Of a DNA stretch of 64,000 bases, positions 1-13,100 are shown one piece after another. The number at the start of each line of letters is the position of its first letter. Within the stretch, counting starts at the first letter, position 1. Position numbers and translations under genes: made by a program. The DNA lies in contig CM074512.1 of assembly GCA_037379345.1 (NCBI GenBank), positions 55,015,597 to 55,079,596 of the forward strand, in the 5' to 3' direction. The notes below the pieces were generated by a model. The model saw only the letters and a program-made list of their open reading frames with translations, made no database searches and was not told where the DNA came from. This DNA is from Perna viridis. Taxonomy: Eukaryota.

Positions 1-192
1 TAGTAGCATATCATGAAAGAAATGCCAGGGTAATTGCAGAAATTTAAAGGTATTTCTAGAAATAACTTACCTTGGTATATCGGAAGTCTTTTTGCTGTTT
101 CTTCTGCCAACATAACAAGCATTAATAAAAGTAGGTTATTTTTATTCATATCCAACAAACACTTGTATATTCGGGGAAAAATTGTATTTCAG

Positions 193-239
193 GAAAATCT
201 TGGCAATGCTATCATTGCACACCAGCTGATAAGGAATAA
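193..239 (+). pseudogene. Decayed 5' part of exon A
   Basis: tttcag|GAAAATCTTGGCAATGCTATCATTGCACACCAGCTGATAAGGAATAA reads KSWQCYHCTPADKE*. Confidence 0.7.
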
Positions 240-624
240 TTCAAAATATTGATTTTGTTTCAATATTCATTTTAGACATTTTTAAAATAAAGTTAAATGT
301 TCTAATTGAATTCGAAATTTTTATCGACAAGTCCAACGAACTTTTATCAATTATAAAATTATAACTTACGGCATTGAGGGAAACTTAATATATATATAAT
401 CTCTTTTTTTGTTTTAATATTTAGTAAACTTTGCAAGCATGATATATTGAGGTCAAATCAGATTAGTGCAAGGGCTTGGTAATCTCGAATCATTATTCAC
501 ATATACGGTTGAATTAAATCAATTGAAGCGTTCCTTCATAATACAAAAATCCCTAGAAAAAAGTCGGGAAGTGGTTTTATCCATTGCAACAAAAGCAAAA
601 ACGCGTGTACATGCAGAGCTCCAG

Positions 625-674
625 GGAAGCCTTGGAAATGCTACCACTGGACATCAACACTTTTACATGCAAAC
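625..674 (+). pseudogene. Exon-A 5' relic fused to the tail of an antistasin-type pseudo-exon
   Basis: ccag|GGAAGCCTTGGAAATGCTACCACTGGACA (KPWKCYHWT), then tgcaaacgtaatacaatag matching 21852 onward. Confidence 0.6.
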
Positions 675-1031
675 GTAATACAATAGTGAATTGACTTGTA
701 TTGGGTATGTAATTCTCATCGTGAATCCGCAGTTTAACGAACATGTCTCCGAATCTTCAATTCAAAAGCATGCAAATTTATCATTTACAGAGCGATGAGT
801 TTTGTATTTAGAGCAAAACCTGTGTAAAATACCGACAAAAAATAACAACAAGCAACATGATAAAAGTGTAAGGAAAAGATACAAACAGTAATACTACGTT
901 CCGAAATCCGGAGGGTGAAAAAAATTATGCCGTTTCCAAATTTCAAAATGCTCTTCATCATGAAATTCTGTAAGTGTTTTACAAGGACGATTAATGTAAG
1001 TGGTGTCGCATGTTTTATTTACATCTTTCAG

Positions 1032-1190
1032 TCAAGCCTTGGAAATGCTATCATTGGACACCAGCTGATTTGAAAGAACACGCAAAACTTGGACAGAAGA
1101 AAGTATGTGAACGAAATGGAAGAGTGTTTACACGTGGATTGAACGGAAAATATCCAGGATGTAAAACTTGTTGGTGCTGTCAACTAAATA
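1032..1190 (+). CDS. Exon A (first of 19): 53-aa six-Cys module VKPWKCYHWTPADLKEHAKLGQKKVCERNGRVFTRGLNGKYPGCKTCWCCQ(P/L)N
   Basis: tttcag|TCAAG...AAATA|gtaagc, phase 1-1. Other copies start at 2371, 3710, 5048, 6387, 7725, 9063, 10401, 11740, 13078, 22210, 23548, 24884, 26220, 27556, 28892, 30228, 31564 and 40658 (159 nt each). Confidence 0.9.
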
Positions 1191-4100
1191 GTAAGCTGAC
1201 TAATTATCTCTATATATTTTAATGACAGGTAAAGAATTGCAAACCCTTAGTGTCGAACGATTTTAGACTAACTAATTACAGCTATAACACACGTTTAAAT
1301 TGATATTTACGAACCACGGACATTGTTGCAAAGATTTGAGAAAAACTCGTTTTGATGGCATCCGACTATATGCTATGCTTTTCGGTTTTTCGGCATAATT
1401 TTTGGTTTTGCACTTTGTCTTTTCAATTCATCCAGTCAAGTATAATACTTATTTCACAAACAAATACGTTCAGAGTTTGTACGGTATCGTTATGTCTTCA
1501 TGTTTAATATCCTGATATGACTGTTTCAAACTCCCACCCCATTCTACATTGATGTTTACTGCTTTACAATAAAACACCATTCGGAGTAATTTCTTACTAC
1601 ATTCCAATAAAATAATTCATGTTTCGTTTGATTTAAAGCCAGTTTCCCCCTTAGTATTTCAATGTAATTATATTTTATCATCTTTCAATCAAACACACGC
1701 TGGAACGGTTGCATTTGAAAGGTTCCAAAAACCATATTTTCCTGTCTTTTAAGTCAGTGTTGAATTGGTTTAAGCCTGAAAGCTACGTTTTAGTTTAAGC
1801 GGCTAAATATCGTAGCTTAACTAGTATGTTTTGTTGACAATGCTTCACATATAAGGAGATAATATTTATTGTAGAACGAGTTCCATGTAAGAAAAAATGC
1901 CACAAGAAGGCTAGATGCAGAAATGGAAAATGCGTTTGTAAGAAAGGTTACAGAGGAAATGGAAGGATGTGCACAAAAATACCAGGTATCAAAAATTTAT
2001 AAAATCAGCCATCACTTTTATCGTTTGCTGTAAGATAAAATGCTTCAAAGTTTAAATAAGTAAAATGTAGATTGTCAGGAGGGTCCTCCCTAGTTCTGAA
2101 ATCGAAAATTTTGATCGAAGATGTTCAGTGAAGGAAAGATGGTATATTGAGTTGCTTAGACGAACAAGATAGCTTGCAAATTATCAAAATTTAATAGTAA
2201 AACCAAATACCTTATAATAGAATATGTATTTTGTAATTTAATTGGCTGAACAATGTTTGTCTTTCCTTGATACAAGTTACAGCTTTAAATTAGATGTGTT
2301 GGGCTTGAATATATTTTCTACAAGAACGATTAATGTAAGTGGTGTCACATGTTTTATTTACATCTTTCAGTCAAGCCTTGGAAATGCTATCATTGGACAC
2401 CAGCTGATTTGAAAGAACACGCAAAACTTGGACAGAAGAAAGTATGTGAACGAAATGGAAGAGTGTTTACACGTGGATTGAACGGAAAATATCCAGGATG
2501 TAAAACTTGTTGGTGCTGTCAACCAAATAGTAAGCTGTCTAATTATCTCTATATATTTTAATGACAGGTAAAGAATTGCAAACCCTTACTGTCGAACGAT
2601 TTTAGACTAACTAATTACAGCTATAACACACGTTTAAATTGATATTTACGAACCACGGACATTGTTGCAAAGATTTGAGAAAAACTCGTTTTGATGGCAT
2701 CCGACTATATGCTATGCTTTTCGGTTTTTCGGCATAATTTTTGGTTTTGCACTTTGTCTTTTCAATTCATCCAGTCAAGTATAATACTTATTTCACAAAC
2801 AAATACGTTCAGAGTTTGTACGGTATCGTTATGTCTTCATGTTTAATATCCTGATATGACTGTTTCAAACTCCCACCCCATTCTACATTGATGTTTACTG
2901 CTTTACAATAAAACACCATTCGGAGTAATTTCTTACTACATTCCAATAAAATAATTCATGTTTCGTTTGATTTAAAGCCAGTTTCCCCCTTAGTATTTCA
3001 ATGTAATTATATTTTATCATCTTTCAATCAAACACACGCTGGAACGGTTGCATTTGAAAGGTTCCAAAAACCATATTTTCCTGTCTTTTAAGTCAGTGTT
3101 GAATTGGTTTAAGCCTGAAAGCTACGTTTTAGTTTAAGCGGCTAAATATCGTAGCTTAACTAGTATGTTTTGTTGACAATGCTTCACATATAAGGAGATA
3201 ATATTTATTGTAGAACGAGTTCCATGTAAGAAAAAATGCCACAAGAAGGCTAGATGCAGAAATGGAAAATGCGTTTGTAAGAAAGGTTACAGAGGAAATG
3301 GAAGGATGTGCACAAAAATACCAGGTATCAAAAATTTATAAAATCAGCCATCACTTTTATCGTTTGCTGTAAGATAAAATGCTTCAAAGTTTAAATAAGT
3401 AAAATGTAGATTGTCAGGAGGGTCCTCCCTAGTTCTGAAATCGAAAATTTTGATCGAAGATGTTCAGTGAAGGAAAGATGGTATATTGAGTTGCTTAGAC
3501 GAACAAGATAGCTTGCAAATTATCAAAATTTAATAGTAAAACCAAATACCTTATAATAGAATATGTATTTTGTAATTTAATTGGCTGAACAATGTTTGTC
3601 TTTCCTTGATACAAGTTACAGCTTTAAATTAGATGTGTTGGGCTTGAATATATTTTCTACAAGAACGATTAATGTAAGTGGTGTCACATGTTTTATTTAC
3701 ATCTTTCAGTCAAGCCTTGGAAATGCTATCATTGGACACCAGCTGATTTGAAAGAACACGCAAAACTTGGACAGAAGAAAGTATGTGAACGAAATGGAAG
3801 AGTGTTTACACGTGGATTGAACGGAAAATATCCAGGATGTAAAACTTGTTGGTGCTGTCAACCAAATAGTAAGCTGTCTAATTATCTCTATATATTTTAA
3901 TGACAGGTAAAGAATTGCAAACCCTTACTGTCGAACGATTTTAGACTAACTAATTACAGCTATAACACACGTTTAAATTGATATTTACGAACCACGGACA
4001 TTGTTGCAAAGATTTGAGAAAAACTCGTTTTGATGGCATCCGACTATATGCTATGCTTTTCGGTTTTTCGGCATAATTTTTGTTTTGCACTTTGTCTTTT

Positions 4101-7100
4101 CAATTCATCCAGTCAAGTATAATACTTATTTCACAAACAAATACGTTCAGAGTTTGTACGGTATCGTTATGTCTTCATGTTTAATATCCTGATATGACTG
4201 TTTCAAACTCCCACCCCATTCTACATTGATGTTTACCGCTTTACAATAAAACACCATTCGGAGTAATTTCTTACTACATTCCAATAAAATAATTCATGTT
4301 TCGTTTGATTTAAAGCCAGTTTCCCCCTTAGTATTTCAATGTCATTACATTTTATCATCTTTCAATTAAACACACGCTGGAACGGTTGCATTAGAAAGGT
4401 TCCAAAAACCATATTTTCCTGTCTTTTAAGTCGGTGTTGGATTGGTTTAAGCCTGAAAGCTACGTTTTAGTTTAAGCGGCTAAATATCGTAGCTTAACTA
4501 GTATGTTTTGTTGACAATGCTTCACATATAAGGAGATAATATTTATTGTAGAACGAGTTCCATGTAAGAAAAAATGCCACAAGAAGGCTAGATGCAGAAA
4601 TGGAAAATGCGTTTGTAAGAAAGGCTACAGAGGAAATGGAAGGATGTGCACAAAAATACCAGGTATCAAAAATTTATAAAATCAGCCATCACTTTTATCG
4701 TTTGCTGTAAGATAAAATGCTTCAAAGTTTAAATAAGTAAAGTGTAGATTGTCAGGAGTGTCCTCCCTAGTTCTGAAATCGAAAATTTTGATCGAAGATG
4801 TTCAGTGAAGGAAAGATGGTATATTGAGTTGCATAGACGAACAAGATAGCTTGCAAATTATCAAAATTTAATAGTAAAACCAAATACCTTATAATAGAAT
4901 ATGTATTTTGTAATTTAATTGGCTGAACAATGTTTGTCTTTCCTTGATACAAGTTACATCTTTAAATTAGATGTTTTGGGCTTGAATATATTTTCTACAA
5001 GAACGATTAATGTAAGTGGTGTCACATGTTTTATTTACATCTTTCAGTCAAGCCTTGGAAATGCTATCATTGGACACCAGCTGATTTGAAAGAACACGCA
5101 AAACTTGGACAGAAGAAAGTATGTGAACGAAATGGAAGAGTGTTTACACGTGGATTGAACGGAAAATATCCAGGATGTAAAACTTGTTGGTGCTGTCAAC
5201 CAAATAGTAAGCTGACTAATTATCTCTGTATACTTTAATGACAGGTAAAGAATTGCAAACCCTTAGTTTCGAACGATTTTAGACTAACTAATTACAGCTA
5301 TAACACACGTTTAAATTGATATTTATGAACTACGGACATTGGTGCAAAGATCTGAGAAAAACTGGTTTTGATGGCATCCGACTATATGATACGCTTTTCG
5401 GTTTTTCGGCATAATTTTTGTTTTGCACTTTGTCCTTTTCAATTCATCCAGTCAAGTATAATACTTATTTCACAAACAAATACGCTCAGAGTTTGTACGG
5501 TATCGTTATGTCTTCATGTTTAATATCCTGATATGACTGTTTCAAACTCCGACCCCATTCTTCATTGATGTTTACCGTTTTACAATAAAACACAATTCGG
5601 AGTAATTTCTTACTACATTCCAATAAAATAATTCATGTTTCGTTTGAATTAAAGCCAGTTTCCCCCTTAGTATTTCAATGTCATTGTATTTTGTCATCTT
5701 TCAATTAAACACACGCTGGAACGGTTGCATTAGAAAGGTTCCAAAAACCATATTTTCCTGTCTTTTAAGTCAGTGTTGGATTGGTTTAAGCCTGAAAGCT
5801 ACGTTTTAGTTTAAGCGGCTAAATATCGTAGCTTAACTAGTATGTTTTGTTGACAATGCTTCACATATAAGGAGATAATATTTATTGTAGAACGAGTTCC
5901 ATGTAAGAAAAAATGCCACAAGAAGGCTAGATGCAGAAATGGAAAATGCGTTTGTAAGAAAGGCTACAGAGGAAATGGAAGGATGTGCACAAAAATACCA
6001 GGTATCAAAAATTTATAAAATCAGCCATCACTTTTATCGTTTGCTGTAAGATAAAATGCTTCAAAGTTTAAATAAGTAAAGTGTAGATTGTCAGGAGTGT
6101 CCTCCCTAGTTCTGAAATCGAAAATTTTGATCGAAGATGTTCAATGAAGGAAAGATGGTATATTGAGTTGCATAGACGAACAAGATAGCTTGCAAATTAT
6201 CAAAATTTAATAGTAAAACCAAATACCTTATAATAGAATATGTATTTTGTAATTTAATTGGCTGAACAATGTTTGTCTGTCCTTGATACAAGTTACATCT
6301 TTAAATTAGATGTGTTGGGCTTGAATATATTTTCTACAAGAACGATTAATGTAAGTGGTGTCACATGTTTTATTTACATCTTTCAGTCAAGCCTTGGAAA
6401 TGCTATCATTGGACACCAGCTGATTTGAAAGAACACGCAAAACTTGGACAGAAGAAAGTATGTGAACGAAATGGAAGAGTGTTTACACGTGGATTGAACG
6501 GAAAATATCCAGGATGTAAAACTTGTTGGTGCTGTCAACCAAATAGTAAGCTGACTAATTATCTCTGTATACTTTAATGACAGGTAAAGAATTACAAACC
6601 CTTAGTTTCGAACGATTTTAGACTAACTAATTACAGCTATAACACACGTTTAAATTGATATTTATGAACTACGGACATTGGTGCAAAGATCTGAGAAAAA
6701 CTGGTTTTGATGGCATCCGACTATATGCTATGCTTTTCGGTTTTTCGGCATAATTTTTGTTTTGCACTTTGTCTTTTCAATTCATCCAGTCAAGTATAAT
6801 ACTTATTTCACAAACAAATACGTTCAGAGTTTGTACGGTATCGTTATGTCTTCATGTTTAGTATCCTGATATGACTGTTTCAAACTCCCACCCCATTCTA
6901 CATTGATGTTTACCGCTTTACAATAAAACACCATTCGGAGTAATTTCTTACTACATTCCAATAAAATAATTCATGTTTCGTTTGATTTAAAGCCAGTTTC
7001 CCCCTTAGTATTTCAATGTCATTACATTTTATCATCTTTCAATCAAACACACGCTGGAACGGTTGCATTAGAAAGGTTCCAAAAACCATATTTTCCTGTC

Positions 7101-10100
7101 TTTTAAGTCGGTGTTGGATTGGTTTAAGCCTGAAAGCTACGTTTTAGTTTAAGCGGCTAAATATCGTAGCTTAACTAGTATGTTTTGTTGACAATGCTTC
7201 ACATATAAGGAGATAATATTTATTGTAGAACGAGTTCCATGTAAGAAAAAATGCCACAAGAAGGCTAGATGCAGAAATGGAAAATGCGTTTGTAAGAAAG
7301 GCTACAGAGGAAATGGAAGGATGTGCACAAAAATACCAGGTATCAAAAATTTATAAAATCAGCCATCACTTTTATCGTTTGCTGTAAGATAAAATGCTTC
7401 AAAGTTTAAATAAGTAAAGTGTAGAATGTCAGGAGGGTCCTCCCTAGTTCTGAAATCGAGAATTTTGATCGAAGATGTTCAGTGAAGGAAAGATGGTATA
7501 TTGAGTTGCATAGACGAACAAGATAGCTTGCAAATTATCAAAATTTAATAGTAAAACCAAATACCTTATAATAGAATATGTATTTTGTAATTGAATTGGC
7601 TGAACAATGTTTGTCTTTCCTTGATACAAGTTACAGCTTTAAATTAGATGTTTTGGGCTTGAATATATTTTCTACAAGAACGATTAATGTAAGTGGTGTC
7701 ACATGTTTTATTTACATCTTTCAGTCAAGCCTTGGAAATGCTATCATTGGACACCAGCTGATTTGAAAGAACACGCAAAACTTGGACAGAAGAAAGTATG
7801 TGAACGAAATGGAAGAGTGTTTACACGTGGATTGAACGGAAAATATCCAGGATGTAAAACTTGTTGGTGCTGTCAACCAAATAGTAAGCTGACTAATTAT
7901 CTCTGTATACTTTAATGACAGGTAAAGAATTACAAACCCTTAGTTTCGAACGATTTTAGACTAACTAATTACAGCTATAACACACGTTTAAATTGATATT
8001 TATGAACTACGGACATTGGTGCAAAGATCTGAGAAAAACTGGTTTTGATGGCATCCGACTATATGCTATGCTTTTCGGTTTTTCGGCATAATTTTTGTTT
8101 TGCACTTTGTCTTTTCAATTCATCCAGTCAAGTATAATACTTATTTCACAAACAAATACGTTCAGAGTTTGTACGGTATCGTTATGTCTTCATGTTTAAT
8201 ATCCTGATATGACTGTTTCAAACTCCCACCCCATTCTACATTGATGTTTACCGCTTTACAATAAAACACCATTCGGAGTAATTTCTTACTACATTCCAAT
8301 AAAATAATTCATGTTTCGTTTGATTTAAAGCCAGTTTCCCCCTTAGTATTTCAATGTCATTGTATTTTGTCATCTTTCAATTAAACACACGCTGGAACGG
8401 TTGCATTAGAAAGGTTCCAAAAACCATATTTTCCTGTCTTTTAAGTCGGTGTTGGATTGGTTTAAGCCTGAAAGCTACGTTTTAGTTTAAGCGGCTAAAT
8501 ATCGTAGCTTAACTAGTATGTTTTGTTGACAATGCTTCACATATAAGGAGATAATATTTATTGTAGAACGAGTTCCATGTAAGAAAAAATGCCACAAGAA
8601 GGCTAGATGCAGAAATGGAAAATGCGTTTGTAAGAAAGGCTACAGAGGAAATGGAAGGATGTGCACAAAAATACCAGGTATCAAAAATTTATAAAATCAG
8701 CCATCACTTTTATCGTTTGCTGTAAGATAAAATGCTTCAAAGTTTAAATAAGTAAAGTGTAGATTGTCAGGAGTGTCCTCCCTAGTTCTGAAATCGAAAA
8801 TTTTGATCGAAGATGTTCAGTGAAGGAAAGATGGTATATTGAGTTGCATAGACGAACAAGATAGCTTGCAAATTATCAAAATTTAATAGTAAAACCAAAT
8901 ACCTTATAATAGAATATGTATTTTGTAATTTAATTGGCTGCACAATGTTTGTCTTTCCTTGATACAAGTTACAGCTTTAAATTAGATGTTTTGGGCTTGA
9001 ATATATTTTCTACAAGAACGATTAATGTAAGTGGTGTCACATGTTTTATTTACATCTTTCAGTCAAGCCTTGGAAATGCTATCATTGGACACCAGCTGAT
9101 TTGAAAGAACACGCAAAACTTGGACAGAAGAAAGTATGTGAACGAAATGGAAGAGTGTTTACACGTGGATTGAACGGAAAATATCCAGGATGTAAAACTT
9201 GTTGGTGCTGTCAACCAAATAGTAAGCTGACTAATTATCTCTGTATACTTTAATGACAGGTAAAGAATTACAAACCCTTAGTGTCGAACGATTTTAGACT
9301 AACTAATTACAGCTATAACACACGTTTAAATTGATATTTACGAACCACGGACATTGTTGCAAAGATTTGAGAAAAACTGGTTTTGATGGCATCCGACTAT
9401 ATGATACGCTTTTCGGTTTTTCGGCATAATTTTTGTTTTGCACTTTGTCTTTTCAATTCATCCAGTCAAGTATAATACTTATTTCACAAACAAATACGCT
9501 CAGAGTTTGTACGGTATCGTTATGTCTTCATGTTTAATATCCTGATATGACTGTTTCAAACTCCGACCCCATTCTTCATTGATGTTTACCGTTTTACAAT
9601 AAAACACCATTCGGAGTAATTTCTCACTACATTCCAATAAAATAATTCATGTTTCGTTTGATTTAAAGCCAGTTTCCCCCTTAGTATTTCAATGTTATTG
9701 TATTTTATCATCTTTCAATTAAACACACGCTGGAACGGTTGCATTAGAAAGGTTCCAAAAACCATATTTTCCTGTCTTTTAAGTCGGTGTTGGATTGGTT
9801 TAAGCCTGAAAGTTACGTTTTAGTTTAAGCGGCTAAATATCGTAGCTTAACTAGTATGTTTTGTTGACAATGCTTCACATATAAGGAGATAATATTTATT
9901 GTAGAACGAGTTCCATGTAAGAAAAAATGCCACAAGAAGGCTAGATGCAGAAATGGAAAATGCGTTTGTAAGAAAGGCTACAGAGGAAATGGAAGGATGT
10001 GCACAAAAATACCAGGTATCAAAAATTTATAAAATCAGCCATCACTTTTATCGTTTGCTGTAAGATAAAATGCTTCAAAGTTTAAATAAGTAAAGTGTAG

Positions 10101-13100
10101 ATTGTCAGGAGTGTCCTCCCTAGTTCTGAAATCGAAAATTTTGATCGAAGATGTTCAGTGAAGGAAAGATGGTATATTGAGTTGCATAGACGAACAAGAT
10201 AGCTTGCAAATTATCAAAATTTAATAGTAAAACCAAATACCTTATAATAGAATATGTATTTTGTAATTTAATTGGCTGAACAATGTTTGTCTTTCCTTGA
10301 TACAAGTTACATCTTTAAATTAGATGTTTTGGGCTTGAATATATTTTCTACAAGAACGATTAATGTAAGTGGTGTCACATGTTTTATTTACATCTTTCAG
10401 TCAAGCCTTGGAAATGCTATCATTGGACACCAGCTGATTTGAAAGAACACGCAAAACTTGGACAGAAGAAAGTATGTGAACGAAATGGAAGAGTGTTTAC
10501 ACGTGGATTGAACGGAAAATATCCAGGATGTAAAACTTGTTGGTGCTGTCAACCAAATAGTAAGCTGACTAATTATCTCTGTATACTTTAATGACAGGTA
10601 AAGAATTGCAAACCCTTAGTTTCGAACGATTTTAGACTAACTAATTACAGCTATAACACACGTTTAAATTGATATTTATGAACTACGGACATTGGTGCAA
10701 AGATCTGAGAAAAACTGGTTTTGATGGCATCCGACTATATGATACGCTTTTCGGTTTTTCGGCATAATTTTTGTTTTGCACTTTGTCCTTTTCAATTCAT
10801 CCAGTCAAGTATAATACTTATTTCACAAACAAATACGCTCAGAGTTTGTACGGTATCGTTATGTCTTCATGTTTAATATCCTGATATGACTGTTTCAAAC
10901 TCCGACCCCATTCTTCATTGATGTTTACCGTTTTACAATAAAACACAATTCGGAGTAATTTCTTACTACATTCCAATAAAATAATTCATGTTTCGTTTGA
11001 TTTAAAGCCAGTTTCCCCCTTAGTATTTCAATGTCATTGTATTTTGTCATCTTTCAATTAAACACACGCTGGAACGGTTGCATTAGAAAGGTTCCAAAAA
11101 CCATATTTTCCTGTCTTTTAAGTCAGTGTTGGATTGGTTTAAGCCTGAAAGCTACGTTTTAGTTTAAGCGGCTAAATATCGTAGCTTAACTAGTATGTTT
11201 TGTTGACAATGCTTCACATATAAGGAGATAATATTTATTGTAGAACGAGTTCCATGTAAGAAAAAATGCCACAAGAAGGCTAGATGCAGAAATGGAAAAT
11301 GCGTTTGTAAGAAAGGCTACAGAGGAAATGGAAGGATGTGCACAAAAATACCAGGTATCAAAAATTTATAAAATCAGCCATCACTTTTATCGTTTGCTGT
11401 AAGATAAAATGCTTCAAAGTTTAAATAAGTAAAGTGTAGATTGTCAGGAGTGTCCTCCCTAGTTCTGAAATCGAAAATTTTGATCGAAGATGTTCAATGA
11501 AGGAAAGATGGTATATTGAGTTGCATAGACGAACAAGATAGCTTGCAAATTATCAAAATTTAATAGTAAAACCAAATACCTTATAATAGAATATGTATTT
11601 TGTAATTGAATTGGCTGAACAATGTTTGTCTGTCCTTGATACAAGTTACATCTTTAAATTAGATGTGTTGGGCTTGAATATATTTTCTACAAGAACGATT
11701 AATGTAAGTGGTGTCACATGTTTTATTTACATCTTTCAGTCAAGCCTTGGAAATGCTATCATTGGACACCAGCTGATTTGAAAGAACACGCAAAACTTGG
11801 ACAGAAGAAAGTATGTGAACGAAATGGAAGAGTGTTTACACGTGGATTGAACGGAAAATATCCAGGATGTAAAACTTGTTGGTGCTGTCAACCAAATAGT
11901 AAGCTGACTAATTATCTCTGTATACTTTAATGACAGGTAAAGAATTACAAACCCTTAGTGTCGAACGATTTTAGACTAACTAATTACAGCTATAACACAC
12001 GTTTAAATTGATATTTACGAACCACGGACATTGTTGCAAAGATTTGAGAAAAACTGGTTTTGATGGCATCCGACTATATGATACGCTTTTCGGTTTTTCG
12101 GCATAATTTTTGTTTTGCACTTTGTCTTTTCAATTCATCCAGTCAAGTATAATACTTATTTCACAAACAAATACGCTCAGAGTTTGTACGGTATCGTTAT
12201 GTCTTCATGTTTAATATCCTGATATGACTGTTTCAAACTCCGACCCCATTCTTCATTGATGTTTACCGTTTTACAATAAAACACCATTCGGAGTAATTTC
12301 TCACTACATTCCAATAAAATAATTCATGTTTCGTTTGATTTAAAGCCAGTTTCCCCCTTAGTATTTCAATGTCATTGTATTTTATCATCTTTCAATCAAA
12401 CACACGCTGGAACGGTTGTATTTGAAAGGTTCCAAAAACCATATTTTCCTGTCTTTTAAGTCGGTGTTGGATTGGTTTAAGCCTGAAAGCTACGTTTTAG
12501 TTTAAGCGGCTAAATATCGTAGCTTAACTAGTATGTTTTGTTGACAATACTTCACATATAAGGAGATAATATTTATTGTAGAACGAGTTCCATGTAAGAA
12601 AAAATGCCACAAGAAGGCTAGATGCAGAAATGGAAAATGCGTTTGTAAGAAAGGCTACAGAGGAAATGGAAGGATGTGCACAAAAATACCAGGTATCAAA
12701 AATTTATAAAATCAGCCATCACTTTTATCGTTTGCTGTAAGATAAAATGCTTCAAAGTTTAAATAAGTAAAGTGTAGATTGTCAGGAGTGTCCTCCCTAG
12801 TTCTGAAATCGAAAATTTTGATCGAAGATGTTCAATGAAGGAAAGATGGTATATTGAGTTGCATAGACGAACAAGATAGCTTGCAAATTATCAAAATTTA
12901 ATAGTAAAACCAAATACCTTATAATAGAATATGTATTTTGTAATTTAATTGGCTGAACAATGTTTGTCTTTCCTTGATACAAGTTACATATTTAAATTAG
13001 ATGTGTTGGGCTTGAATATATTTTCTACAAGAACGATTAATGTAAGTGGTGTCACATGTTTTATTTACATCTTTCAGTCAAGCCTTGGAAATGCTATCAT

